Positions 33,590 to 46,779 of a DNA stretch of 64,000 nucleotides are shown here, one piece after another (within the stretch, counting starts at the first letter, position 1; each line of letters begins with the position of its first letter). The notes under the pieces were generated by a model. The model was given only the letters and a program-made list of their open reading frames with translations. It had not been told where the DNA came from and made no database searches. Made by a program: the position numbers and the translations under genes. The stretch is from Salpingoeca rosetta (Eukaryota > Protista > Choanoflagellata), in NCBI GenBank assembly GCA_033442325.1, contig JAWQFM010000005.1:549327-613326 (forward strand). Reading direction: 5' to 3'.

Positions 33590-34539
33590 TTGTGTGTGTT
33601 GTGTGTTTGTGTGTTTGTGTATGTTTGTGTGTATGTGTGTGTGTGTGTGTGTGTCATTGTACTTTTGCGTCTGTGTGTGTGCTTGTGTACGTTTGTGTAT
33701 GTTTTGTGTGTGTGTGTGTGTCATTGTACTTTTGCGTCTGTGTGTGTGCTTGTGTACGTTTGTGTATGTTTTGTGTGTCTTTGTCCATGTGCCTGCCTCT
33801 TGTGCCGATGTCTGGCACCATGACCATCACACTGCACCATGGCGGCAACACTAGACCATCTGCACTACCAGGCATGGCAGCACCATGACCATCACACTGC
33901 ACCATGGCGGCAACACTAGACCATCTGCACTACCAGGCATGGCAGCAGATTGGCAAGGAGATTGGGCTTTCCATTTCCAGCGATCAATATGAAGAGACCA
34001 TCTCCGGTCGCCAGAATCCACCCGTGCTTCGAGGTGTATCTGCGTGTATGTATGTATGTATGTGGCTGTCTATGTTTGTGGCTGTGTCTATGTGTCTGTG
34101 GCTGTCGGTGTCTGTCTGTCCATCTATCTGTCTGTGTGCATATGTGTATGTCTGCGTGTGTGTAAGTGTGTGTGTGTGTTTGCTCCTTTTGCCACTTTGC
34201 CATGATATTGCCCCTCTTTCTTCTCCGTGTCCCCTCTTCCAACCTCACCAACATCACCAACATCACCAACATGATCAACATCACCAACATCATCACGCCA
34301 CGCTGCCTTCTGCAGAGCTGAAGCCCGAGCTCCCTGAGCCCGAAGTACAGGAGCTTTCACTCCGCAAAGAGGCCTTGTTCCGGGAGCTGGCAGCGCAGTG
34401 CACAGACCCCGTGGATGGCATTGTCCAGTTCTTGGAGGCGCTGGATGATGCCGGTGTTCCCAAATGCCTCGTCACAAACGCCCCGAGGTATGATGCTTTG
34501 TGAAGACTGAGAGGCTAAGTGTGTACACCTGTGCGTGTG

Positions 34540-34584
<45 letters not shown>

Positions 34585-35265
34585 GGACAGAGAGAGAGAG
34601 AGAAGAGGACAGGTGGTAAGATAATGTGCAACATCCCACTGGCTCTTGTTTGTTTTGTTTTGGTTCTTTGCCTTGGGTTGCACAGCTTTGCTTGCACTGG
34701 CTGTTGTTGTGCCACTCACCCACACGCACGCACACAGGATCAACGTTGACATGATGCTGCAGGGTTCGAAACTGGACCGCTTCTTCCCCACCTCTCACCA
34801 GGTGAGGGCACGGCTTGCCACACACACACAATGCGCACAATGCACACGCTCAACACTCACACACTCGATACTCACACACTCAACACTCACGCACTCAATC
34901 CACACGCGCACTCAATCCACACGCGCACAATACACACACACACACACAATGCACACTCCATCCTCTCACCAACGCTTTTTTTTTTTTTTTTTTGGTGGCA
35001 GATCCTTGGAGACGAGTGCACACACGCCAAGCCGCACCCTGAGCCATACTTGCAGGGGCTGAAGCTGTTGAATGCGCAAGGCAGCCGTGCTGTGGCCTTT
35101 GAGGACTCCATTGCGGGCGCCTCTGCTGCCATCAAAGCCGGCATTCCAACCATCGGTGTGCTCACCACCCTCAACCCAGCGGCCATGACCAAGGCTGGCG
35201 TCGCCGCCACCATCCAGGACTACACCGAACAGTACGTCAACCAACGCTGCTATGTGGGTCGATGA
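33370..35265 (+). CDS. HAD-superfamily hydrolase (C1 cap, sugar phosphatase/CbbY-like), multi-exon
   Basis: Motif I AVLFDLDGTLVHTD, motif II LVTNAPR, motif III KPHPEPY, motif IV AFEDSIAG; exact 3' end uncertain (possible donor GTACGT at 35232). Confidence 0.9.
33816..33945 (+). repeat. Perfect 65-bp tandem duplication spanning an intron/exon boundary of the HAD gene
   Basis: 33816-33880 is identical to 33881-33945. Confidence 0.95.
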
Positions 35266-35357
35266 CCGAACGAAGAACGGGGGGGGGTGATTTGTCTGTC
35301 GGGAAGAAGCAACCAAACGTCACTGAGGGAGTTACATTTGATGTGACATGTGATGTG

Positions 35358-35434
<77 letters not shown>

Positions 35435-35561
35435 ACATTGATTTGGGAACGTTGCTCCATGCTATCTATGCCCACAACAACAGGCACCTCGCACCACAGT
35501 AATGTAACAGCTCCTACGTCCCATCACACTCACGTCGCATTCACTGCACACACACACACAC

Positions 35562-35651
<90 letters not shown>

Positions 35652-36199
35652 CAAAAAAAAAGGTTCCTTCTATCGACACTGAACAGCATAAAATGAAGTA
35701 AACGCTAAATTGTGGAAATTATACTCAATTTTCCGCATTCCTCCCTCCCCCAACACAACACAGTCAGTTTTGTTGGCAAAGGCACAAACAAGCACTCACA
35801 AACAACGACCAGCACACACCACACCCCTCCTCCTCCTCCTTGCACTTACCGTCCTCCCTTTTACTTGAACGTACAACTCCGCTTTGACGTGTGTCACATC
35901 ACTTCACTACCGCTTAGCAAGCACACAGTAGGAACCACCACCCCTCTACTGCATCACAGGCTGCGTTTTCATTGCCTGTCCTCTGCCTCCTCCGCCCCAC
36001 TCCACCTTTCCCTTCTTTCGGCGTTGGCGGAACGCTCGCAGCAGATTTCTACTGCCGATCGATACTTGTGCTCGTCCGGAGCCTTCTCTCCCTCCCTCTT
36101 TCTTTCTTTCTTTGTTTTGTTGCTTGGTTGGCTGGGAGTCCACCCCCCCCCACCCACACACACACACAAACGCTACTTCTCTGTTAGCCGCCCGCCACC

Positions 36200-37414
36200 A
36201 TGTCGTGCGGATCGTCAGAAACAGACAAGCGCAGCAAAAAGATTGACAAGGCCTTAAGAAAGGCCGGTCATCAAAGCAAGGTATGCGAGCATGTCTGTGT
36301 GTGTGTGGGTGTGGGTGGGTGTGTGTGGGTGGGCGCGTGTGCTTGTGTATGTGTACTTGTGGGTGGATGGCTTCTTTGTGTCATTCTACTGACGCTTGCA
36401 AACGGTCCTTCGTCACGCCCCATTCCCAAAACGTGACTATGCACACACACACACACGACACACACACACACACGACACTCATTCTCACCTACTCGCCCTC
36501 GCACATCACGTTGCATTACCCGACTTTAGGGCGTGTTCAAGATCCTGCTGCTGGGCACTGGAGAGTCTGGCAAGTCCACAGTTGTGAAACAGATGAAGAT
36601 CCTGTATTGCGGCGGCTTTGGCGATGAGGAGAGACAACGGTTTCGTATCCTCGTCTTCCGCAACTGCCTTCGCTCCATGAAGGCGCTGGTCGATGCAATG
36701 GACCTGCTAGAGATTGCGTTTGAGAACCAGAGCCTGATTGAGCAAGCATACGACCTGCTCGACATCTCCGAGGCGTCGTTCACAGACCTCGCACCACACA
36801 AGGAGCTCTTCCGAAAACTGTGGGAAGACAAGGGCGTACAAAAGGCATACGCGAGGCGAGACGAGTTCCAGTTGAGCGTCAGCACAGCGTACTTCTTTGA
36901 CAAGTTGAACGACCTGTGCGAGCCGTCGTACATCCCAGACAACGATGACATCCTCAGAGCGCGTGAGGCAACAACAGGCATTCACGAGGTCTCCTTCGAG
37001 GTCGAAAAGGCAACTTTCAGGTGTGTGTGTTTGTGTGTGTGTGTGTGTGTATGTATGTGTGTGTGTCCGTGCGCAGCACATGGCATGCATCCCTCTGTGT
37101 GTGCCCCTGTGCCTGTGACAACGTTTGCGTCTCTACGTCTTGTCTGGCTTGCCGAGGCAGCGTGTGTGCTCTTGCCATGAATGTGCTCACCTTGAATTAT
37201 GAACGGACGTGGATGCATTCACTCGTGCGCCTCAGGATGCTTGATGTCGGTGGGCAGCGGTCGGAGCGGCGAAAATGGATTCACTGTTTTGAGAACATCA
37301 CAAGCATCATCTTCATCTCTGCGGCAAACGAGTACGACCAAGTGCTTGCCGAGGACAGCGAGACAAACCGCATGAAGGAGAGCGTCGCCCTCTTTGCACA
37401 GGTCAGCAGCACTC

Positions 37415-37459
<45 letters not shown>

Positions 37460-38247
37460 GGTGGGTGGGTGTGTGTGGATATACGTGTATGTGTGTGTGT
37501 GTGTGTAACGATGTGCAGCTATGCACAACTGCGGGTGCAACTTTTGCCTGCATCCCCCATGTGTTTATCGATTTGTCCTCCGTGGTCCATGTTTGGCACC
37601 ATCTCACCACCTGTTGATGTTCCTGGCGCAGATTATCGGCTACTGGTGGTTCCGGGAGACGTCCTTTGTTCTGTTCCTGAACAAGCAGGATTTGCTTGAG
37701 GAGAAGGTGAAGCGCTCCTCTCTCAAGAAACACTTTCCAGAGTTCCCGGTACGTGCTACACTCAAGGCGGCCTCGTCACACACACACACACACACGCACA
37801 CACATGCACACACATGCACACAGCACACACACACATGCTCGCAACGTGTGTCACCTCTCATCCACCATCACTCTTTCACTTTGTCGCCCTTCCTTCTGCA
37901 CAACTGCGGTTCCAACTCCTTCACAACTTGCCCACGCCTGCTCCTTTTACTCACGCAACCCCCTCCCCTGCCTCACCTCTCGATTGGCTCGTCTCGCTGC
38001 ACTACCGCGTATGCGCTGTGCACACGTGTGCGTGTGTGTGTGTGTGTGTGTGGTTCAGGGCCCTGACGGCGACTATGAGGCGGCACGCGAGTTTATCCAG
38101 GACCTGTACTTCCGCGAGAAGCCGGAGACGCACCAGCTGTTTGTGCACTTTACAACGGCAACCAACACAGAGAATATCTACCACGTCTTCAACGCAGTTC
38201 GGTCCACGCTCATTCGCTCGCAGCTCAAGAACCTCAACCTCTACTGA
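36200..38247 (+). CDS. Heterotrimeric G-protein alpha subunit, Gq-like, 5 exons
   Basis: [58 protein letters not shown]; Cys3 present, no Gly2. Confidence 0.95.
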
Positions 38248-39383
38248 GCCCACAAGTCAACTAGAAGGCGACAACAACAACAGCAAGCAATCATTGCACT
38301 TGGTTTCAGCTTTGGTTTACTCCTGCCTTTTGTCTTGATCTTTACTGCCCGTCTGTGTGTCTGTGTGCGTGTTGTTTTCTTGCCTTGTTCTTCCTCCCTT
38401 TTTTCTGTTTCCTTGGCGGTGCCAGCAGTGTTGTTGACCATTGCTGCTCTCCAGCACACCATCGTTTGCGTTTGTACATCCCGTTACTCTCCCGTCGTGC
38501 GTGGACGTTTCAATCCCTCGGTTTTCGCCCCCCCCCCTCCCCTCCTTCGTCTCACATGTCGCGGGGCATGCTGTTGTCATTTCACACCACTGGAAGCTTG
38601 CACTCGTTTCTTTTCTTTCTTTCTTTTTTCCGTTGATTTGATATTTTCGTCAGCCAATTCTGCCCCATCCTCCCCCTCCCTTCCTCCTTCACTGTCGGTC
38701 ATCGTTTCCAGTGATGACCTCGTTCAGCCTTTGCGTCCTCTTCTACCGCCACCTCCACCAGGCCCTTTCTTCTTCTCTTCTGCCCTTCTCCCTTTGCTTC
38801 CTTCGCGGGATACGTTCGGTGCTCCTCTTGTGTTCCTTTGCTGCTGTGTTGGTCGTGGTCGTGGTCGTGGTCGTGCAGCCGCGCTTTCCCTTCCCTTTCC
38901 TTGCCTTCTCTTTCCTTTCCTTCTTTTGGTTTTGCTCGTTTCTCTTTCTAGTTTGCACTCGTGTGTTTGCATGTGTTTCGTCATCACCGCACATGCGCAC
39001 GGTGCCACGTAGCCCTCCACCCCCTCATCTCCACCCTCACACCTCTTCCAGCATCGTGCGTTCATATGGTGCTTCTTTGTTTTGTGTTTGCGCATGTGTG
39101 TTGTGTGCCTTTGCAAGTTGGTGTGATCACCATGCGTGCATGCACGCATGCACAAGCACTGCTCTCCCTCACCCCCCCCCCCAACACACACACATTTCCA
39201 CACATGCGCATATGCAATGCAGTTCGCAATTGTGTGTTTGCCTGTAATAAACCTCTTCACAACTCGTTACACGCTCACACATACAGATGCTGGAGAAAAA
39301 CAACTGCCTATTGTTGTTTGGCAGTGTGAGCTATAACCACGGCATGTCTGTGGCGTGGTGATATATTGATTGATAGCAGCCCG

Positions 39384-39493
39384 TTGTTGTTGTTTGTAAG
39401 TTCAAGTTGTTGTTGTTTAAGTTGTTGTTTAAGTTGTTGTTTAAGTTGTTGTTGTTGTTGTTGTTTAAGTTGTTGTTTAAGTTGTTGTTTAAG

Positions 39494-39542
<49 letters not shown>

Positions 39543-39556
39543 AGTTGTTGTTTAAG

Positions 39557-39596
<40 letters not shown>

Positions 39597-39598
39597 AG

Positions 39599-39660
<62 letters not shown>
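39384..39660. repeat. (TTG)n array punctuated by TTTAAG, between the convergent 3' ends of G-alpha and TMEM33
   Basis: Recurrent TTGTTGTTTAAG 12-mer within TTG runs. Confidence 0.95.
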
Positions 39661-39934
39661 CACGGTTGCTGAGACAACTGCGTGCTGGCGTGCCACACGT
39701 TCACACGACGTGTCATGTTTCAATCTAATCGTGGCAGCACCACTTGGGACCACACAACGTGATGTGATGTGACGTGATAACACGAGAACACATTCGCAAA
39801 CTGGCAAGGACAACGGCGCCGACAGTATGTATATAGCACGGCACACAGCGTGCAACACACATCGCATAAAACACATCGCACACAGCGTGCAGCGTGTAGC
39901 AGGTGGCCGTGTCACTGCACGGCATGGTCGCATG

Positions 39935-40356
39935 TCACTCCTGCGGCTTGATCCTGGTGGCATACTGGACTACACGCGTCTTGATGGCATGGTACACGCG
40001 CGCAACAATGGCTGGGCAGTAGCGGTGTGTGCTCGCATGATCTGGTGGGAACAGCAAAGAATGGGGCGGAGAGTAGCAGCATGAGCGCGGAGTGCTGCGT
40101 GCAAGGGACAAGCAAGACGACAAGAAATGCAACCAGCACAAACATAAAGACACACACACACATGCACACATAACATGCACACATGCACACATAACATGCA
40201 CACATGCACACATAACATGCACACATGCACACACATACACATACACATACACAGACACAGACACATACACAGACACATACACAGACACAGACACAGGCAC
40301 ACATCAACACACACAAACACATACACATACACACATCAACATACGCACATACACAT

Positions 40357-40396
<40 letters not shown>

Positions 40397-40983
40397 GCAC
40401 CGAGGACAAAGACGGCCTGGGACCAGAAGATGCGGTTGGTGTTGTTGCGGCGCGAGTAGAAACGGAGCATGTGGAAGAGAGCCATCGTCATAAACGCCAA
40501 CAGCGCGGGAATTGCCAGCCTTTGCACAGCGACACGAAAACACCGAGACAGACGCGGGTTGAGCGGCGGTGGTGGTGGTATGATGGAGAGCGGGTGAATT
40601 GTATGTGAAGGGCAAGTGGCAGATTTGGAAATGCACACACCAACCACTATGACACACATGCGCATTGCAGTACAGGCATGCCGCACGCAGATAACAAGCA
40701 CACATGCACACACGTATCCGACGCACATGCACGCATCACGTGTACCTTGAGGTGACGAGGGTGAAGACGGTGAGAAAGAGGGCTGCAACCTCAAAGTTGC
40801 AGATCATCTGAAAGACCTGTGATCCAACACAGGCAGCAGAGAAAAATGTGTCAGCGGGCGGTGATGTGAGACGATGCTGACAAACAACGTGCAGCATTGA
40901 TTGCGAGTGCACTCACCGACTGCTGCCGTTGCGCGATGAAGTTGATGGGGAACTTCAGCACGGCCGGCTGTCCCGTCTCCTGT

Positions 40984-41063
<80 letters not shown>

Positions 41064-42373
41064 GAGTTGCAGCAAATGGGTTAACTCGTGTGATGTGCAC
41101 TGTGATAGAGATGCGACGCCATGTAACAACCACTGCTATGGTGGGTGTCTCCCTCCAGCCCTGCCCGGTCGACCGACAGAACAAGAGGCAGCTCAGGGCA
41201 GCAGCTCACCCGCAGCATGACGTTGAGGAAGCCGATGACGGCAAGCAAGCTGTTCAAGGTAACTGGCAACAGCAGCACAAGGGATGGCGGAAGACTACGA
41301 CAGCACGCAACCCAGTGTAAGTATGGTCGTAGGTAAATGTGCACAGGTGTGTGTGTGTGTGTGTGCGTGTGCGCATGTTTGCGTGTATGACACAGAAAGC
41401 CAGTGGGAAAACACATACAGAGAGTGTGAGTGTGTGCGTGACACAGACAGCGAGTGGGCAAACACAGAATGTATGTGTGTAAGCAAGCGACCGAGCGAGA
41501 GGGAGAGAAAGGAGAGAACAGTGACACTCACGAACATCGCATGGCAAACAAAGCGGTACTACCCCATCCTTGCCCACGTGCACATGGCATCAACGCCAAG
41601 CACAAGCGCAGGAGGTGCAAGAGCGTTTACAACGAAGGCACACAAACGCACGTACATACATGTCCCGCCACCAACCAACCTGTAGATTGCGAGGCAATAG
41701 AAGACGTAGTGCCCGCTGTCTTCATGCATGGCACGCCGCAACCAGTCCCGAGTCAAGCTCACGCCCTGTTGTGGGTGTGGGGTTGAGGGAACGTGGCAGG
41801 GTTTGAAAAAAACTATGCCGTTTGTTGGCGCAGCCACTCGTTGGTTGATTCAATTACGCACTCACTCACTCACCTACACTCACTCACTCACTCACTCACT
41901 CACACACACACACTTACTCACTCACTCACTCACTCACTCACTCACTCACTCACTCACGCACGCACGCACGCACGCACGCACGTACAGACCTCCAGGCGCT
42001 GCATGACGCGTGCAGCGTACACGCCCGCAAAGACGACAATGGCCAGCCTCATGTGCACAATGGCAAGGATGATGCCCAGTAGCCTGGCACCAGCAAGCAC
42101 GGCATCCTGCCGCTTCCCCTTCAGATACTCCTGTCATGCGCAACGCAAAGCAGGCAATGAACGCCATGAGCCTTGATGACACAACCAACACAAAAACAAA
42201 AGAGAGAGAGAGAGATAACATCACCTCAACACCCACACACACACACATACATACACACACGTCCACTTCTCTGTGCAGCCAGCATCATCACCGTTGTCAC
42301 CAGTGACCATTGCAGCATTGCCACTTTGTCACAACACATTGCCGCGCATCGAACGCACCACCGCAGAAACCAT
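39935..42373 (-). CDS. TMEM33: TMEM33/Pom33-family ER and nuclear-envelope membrane protein, multi-exon
   Basis: AMHEDSGHYVFYCL, LVLLLPVTLNSLL, LRFYSRRN, HRYCPAIVARVY; start inferred as MVSAV-EYLKGK via donor GTGCGT. Confidence 0.75.
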
Positions 42374-42487
42374 ATCCGCCTTGTCCCAACGTGGTTTTCT
42401 AAAAATACGCCACAAAGTGTAGTTGCACACTTTGGCTTTGTGTGCGCACTCAATCATCACTTGGTGGTGGTGGATAGTAAACGCGAA

Positions 42488-42504
42488 CCGCGAAAAATTC
42501 AAAA
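42488..42504 (+). promoter_or_regulatory. E2F/CDE plus CHR composite-like element CCGCG-AAAAA-TTCAAA upstream of the RacGAP1-like gene
   Basis: CGCGAAA (E2F-site-like) overlapping GCG-N5-TTCAAA, 37 bp before ATG 42541, inside a 167-bp divergent promoter. Confidence 0.45.
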
Positions 42505-42540
42505 CCCCCTACAACCAACCAAACAACAACTACCAACGAG

Positions 42541-44366
42541 ATGGACGAGGAACGGCAACAGGGTGGTGGAGGGAGCTTGTTGGCCAGCTTTGATCGGCTG
42601 GCGGAGCAGCAGCTCGCCCTTCTCGATGATGCACACCAACAAGGCCAGCGGTACCACAGAGTGCTCAAGAAGCTCGGCGTAAGTCAACTTCCATGTGTAT
42701 GTGTTTTTGTGTGTGTGTGTCTGTGTGTGTCTGTGTGTGTGTTTGTGTGTGTCTGTGTCTGTCTGGCTGTCTGTCTGCCTGTGTGTGTGTGTGTGTGTCT
42801 GTCTGTCTGTCTGTCTGTCTGCCTGTCTGCCTGCCTGTCTGCCTGTGTGTGTCTCTGTGTGTGTTTGTGTGAGGGATGAAGCTACACTCACCCTTATCCG
42901 CACAAAGGCGAATGCTAATCACAGTCGTTCCTCATCCACACGAAAGCAAACCCAAACTACGCTTACACATGCGCTGATGCTCAATGCAAAACCACATACA
43001 CACACAACATCTCACAACTGCGTAGGTCAACGACCGGAAGACGGTGCCGGAGTTCTTTGAGCAGATTGATGACATGCAGGAAGAGGTGCGGCAGTCAGAA
43101 GGCCGCGTGAACGACCTGGAGCGGGTGGCCGCCGAGCTGCAGGCCGAGGCCGCAGCGCTCATGGAAGGAATCGGGCAGGAGCAGATCAAGCGCCAAACCG
43201 CAGAAGCCGAGTTTGAGGAGGCCTGGGATATCATGCAGGACGTGTATCAGCTCATCTGCGAGAGCGGCGACGACACCATGGCCGTGTCCATCAACCCAGC
43301 AGAGCTGAGCAAGAGTATGCGCAGGCTGTCCGCCACACGGCGCTCCGTCCTGCACCGCCGCGAAACGCTCGATCCCCAGTCGTCCCCGTGCCCAAGGCCA
43401 CCAGAGAGCCCGCTGCCACTGCTCAAGCGGCGCCAGGTCCGCCGCAGCCAGCACGGTACGGAGGTGCGGCTGCCCAAGCTCATCGTGGAAGAGGACAACG
43501 AGGGCGAGGAGGAGCAGCATGCAGAGATGGCCAGCGATTCCGATGTCACGGAGGACGAGGAAGACAGTAGCACAAACACAAGCACCAGCGACGGCACAGA
43601 CACGACTGACATCACGGACACAAGCGTCACCACAGATAGCAGCGACAGTAGCGGCGTGACAGCAGCAACTGCCACGACCGCAACAACCGCAACCACCACA
43701 AGTTCCGCAACCACAAGCAGCAGCAGTGGAAGCAGCAGCAGCGGAAGCAGCCGCACGACTGCCAGCAGCACAGACTTTGAGGACAAGGATGTTCTGTTGG
43801 ACGAGCCATCCCAGCGCATCAAGGCGTGGTTGGAGACAAGCGTCATCATCGAAGATGGATCGCTCTCGGGCTTTGACGAGGATGACGTGGTCACCGACGA
43901 CGACAACGATGATGATGATGATGACGACGATGAAGAAGATGTGGAGGATGTTGTGGACGACGATGATGGTCACGATGGGCACACGAGCGTTTCGACTGGA
44001 TATGACCTCGAGAGCGAGGGTGCGTCCAGCAACGGAGATGGCAAGTACCACCCGGCACCGGGCCCGTCTGCTTCGTCTCGTCGCCGTTCGGACTGGTTTG
44101 ATGTGTACGGCGGCGTTGTGCCGGCACGCGGTCCCCCATCTGCGAGCTCTTCTGAACCCGCTGCGGACGCGAAGCCAAACACAGTTCACTTCCACCCTTC
44201 CACCAAGACCAGCGAGCAAAGCCCGGCCAACACCAAGCCAAAACACCGCACCAGCACTGGCGGTAAAGGTGTGTGTGTATGTGCGTGTGTGTGTGTGTGT
44301 GTGCGTGTGTGTGTGTGTGTGCGTGTGTGTGTGCGTGTGCGTGTGCGTGTGTGCGCTTGTGTGTGT

Positions 44367-44430
<64 letters not shown>

Positions 44431-45602
44431 GTGTGCGTGTGTGTGCGTGTGCATGTGTGTGTGCACCCATCAATTCTATATGCAAATCATCAATGCCCTT
44501 TCCTTCAACACTGGCTCACGTCACCGCTTCTTGTGTTGCGTGGCAGGCAACAAGATGGACGTGAGCGAGGACACGGCTGATCCAGAGAACGTGTCCATTG
44601 AGCTTGGCTCTCCACCGCAGGCATCGGCTGTACAGCGCCGTCACATGCAGCCAGACTGCGTTGAGGATGTGTACAAGGGCAAGACGGGCCGTCGCATCCG
44701 TGAACATGATCTTGACAAGTACTCGAGTGCCACGCGCACGTTTACCTGCAGGCACTGCTCCACCCGCATCCGCCGTGGAGAGAAGCATCAGCGGTGCTGG
44801 CAGTGCACCCAGCACTTTCACGATCGCTGCGCAACCGAAGGCGTGCGTATACCAGCATACGTGTGCGTGTGTGAATGTGTGTATATGTGTGTGATGATGA
44901 TGATGATGCGTGTGCGTACTTGTATTTGTGTGTGTGTGTGTTTGTGTGTGTTTGTGTATGTTTGTGTATACCTGTGTACGTGCTTACGTTTGTGTGTGAG
45001 GGTGTGCGTACTTAAGTTTGTGTATGCCTGTGTGCGTGCTGAAGTTCGTGCGTGCATCTGCTTGCATCTGCGACATGACGTGTTTCTCGAGGCGTTACCA
45101 ACTCACACATGCGCTGCCTTTCACCAAACACACACGTACACACCTGCACCCCATCAGATCCCGGCCATGTGCGAGCCACCACCATTCTTTGCCAGCGACG
45201 GCAAGAAGCGCAAGCCCGTTCGCCCAGGCTTCAACCTGCAGGTATCCGGCTGCACTGCGCAAGGCAATAACTAAGTCTCACTCACATCAGCGGCTGTTGT
45301 TGAGGATTAACGATCAACTTGCACTGTCTTCGAGTGGCGTCGGTACATGCTGGATGCCTGGGGTGAGACTGTGCCGGTGCAACGCATTGTTTGCCTCTCA
45401 TTGTTGCACGCTTTGTGCCCCTGGTTGTGACCTGCCAGAACGACGTGTTCCAAGAGGCTCTCAAGTCCAACTGCTACACCCTTGGTGAGACGCTTTCATT
45501 GCGATATCCCTGCCTTTGCTTCCCTACACGGGCGCATATTGCACATGCAGACACAAAAGAATGCAGACACATAACTACACACACGCACGTACGCACGTAC
45601 AT

Positions 45603-45662
<60 letters not shown>

Positions 45663-46612
45663 GCATACGCCCATGCGCGCTAACTCCCACGCCCTCCTTT
45701 TCTCCCCGCTGCAACCCCCTGCATTTCAGTGCCACGCATTGTTGAGGACTGCGTGCGGCAACTCGACCGTCGTGGGCCCATGTCGCAGGGGATTTATCGC
45801 ATTCCGGGCACAAAGTCAAACGTGGACCGACTGTGGGACGGCTTTTTCAAGGACGAACGCCCGCCATCCCTCTACACACACGCAGACATCAATGACGTAA
45901 GTAAATGCAGTGTTATGTGTGTGTGTGTGAAAAGAGAAAGAGCACTTGTGTGTCTGTGTTTGGGTGTCTGTGTCTGTCTGTCTGTTTGTTTCTTTGTCTC
46001 TTTGTCTGTCTGTCTCTTTGTCTGTCTGTCTGCCTGCCTGTTCTTCTGTGTGTGTGCACACATCCGCCCACGACGGGCTGTTCGTTGTGTCTTATGTCAC
46101 TGACGCATGACCTGCTCTCCCTCTCTCCGAAACGACAATAGGTTGCAAGTTTGTTGAAGCTGTACTTGCGCGGCCTTGACGAGCCGCTGCTGACCTTCGA
46201 CCTCTACCCTGTCTTTGCTGTCGCCGTCAAGGGTACGTCGGTGTATGTGTGTCTCTGTGTGTGTGTCTTTGTCTGTGTGTGTCTGTGTGTGTCTGTGCCT
46301 GTGTCTCTGTCTGTGTGTATACCTGTGTCTGTGTGCCTGTGTGTATCTGTGTCTGGGTGTGCTTGTGTCTGTGTATTCCTGTGCTTGTAAATGTGCTTGG
46401 ATATGCGTGCATCAGCGTTGCTCAAAGTCTTGGGTGTGCAGCAAGTTCACGTTTTTGCTCTTTCACTCTGGCAGATGAGAAAAACCGAAAGAACAAGGTC
46501 ATCTTTGCCGACTTGTGCAAGGTTGTGCAGGAGCTTCCGCCCATCAACTTCTTCACGCTTCACTTTATCATTCGACACCTCAAGCGGTCAGCTGCAAGCA
46601 AGCATGCGTGTG

Positions 46613-46644
<32 letters not shown>

Positions 46645-46673
46645 CGTGCGTGTGCGTGCGTGCGTGTGTGTGC

Positions 46674-46710
<37 letters not shown>

Positions 46711-46727
46711 CGTGTGTGGGTGTGTGT

Positions 46728-46779
<52 letters not shown>

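Noticed and set aside
33651-33945. Direct repeats as a CRISPR-like array
   Set aside because: Simple tandem duplications with no spacers and no cas genes, in a eukaryotic intron
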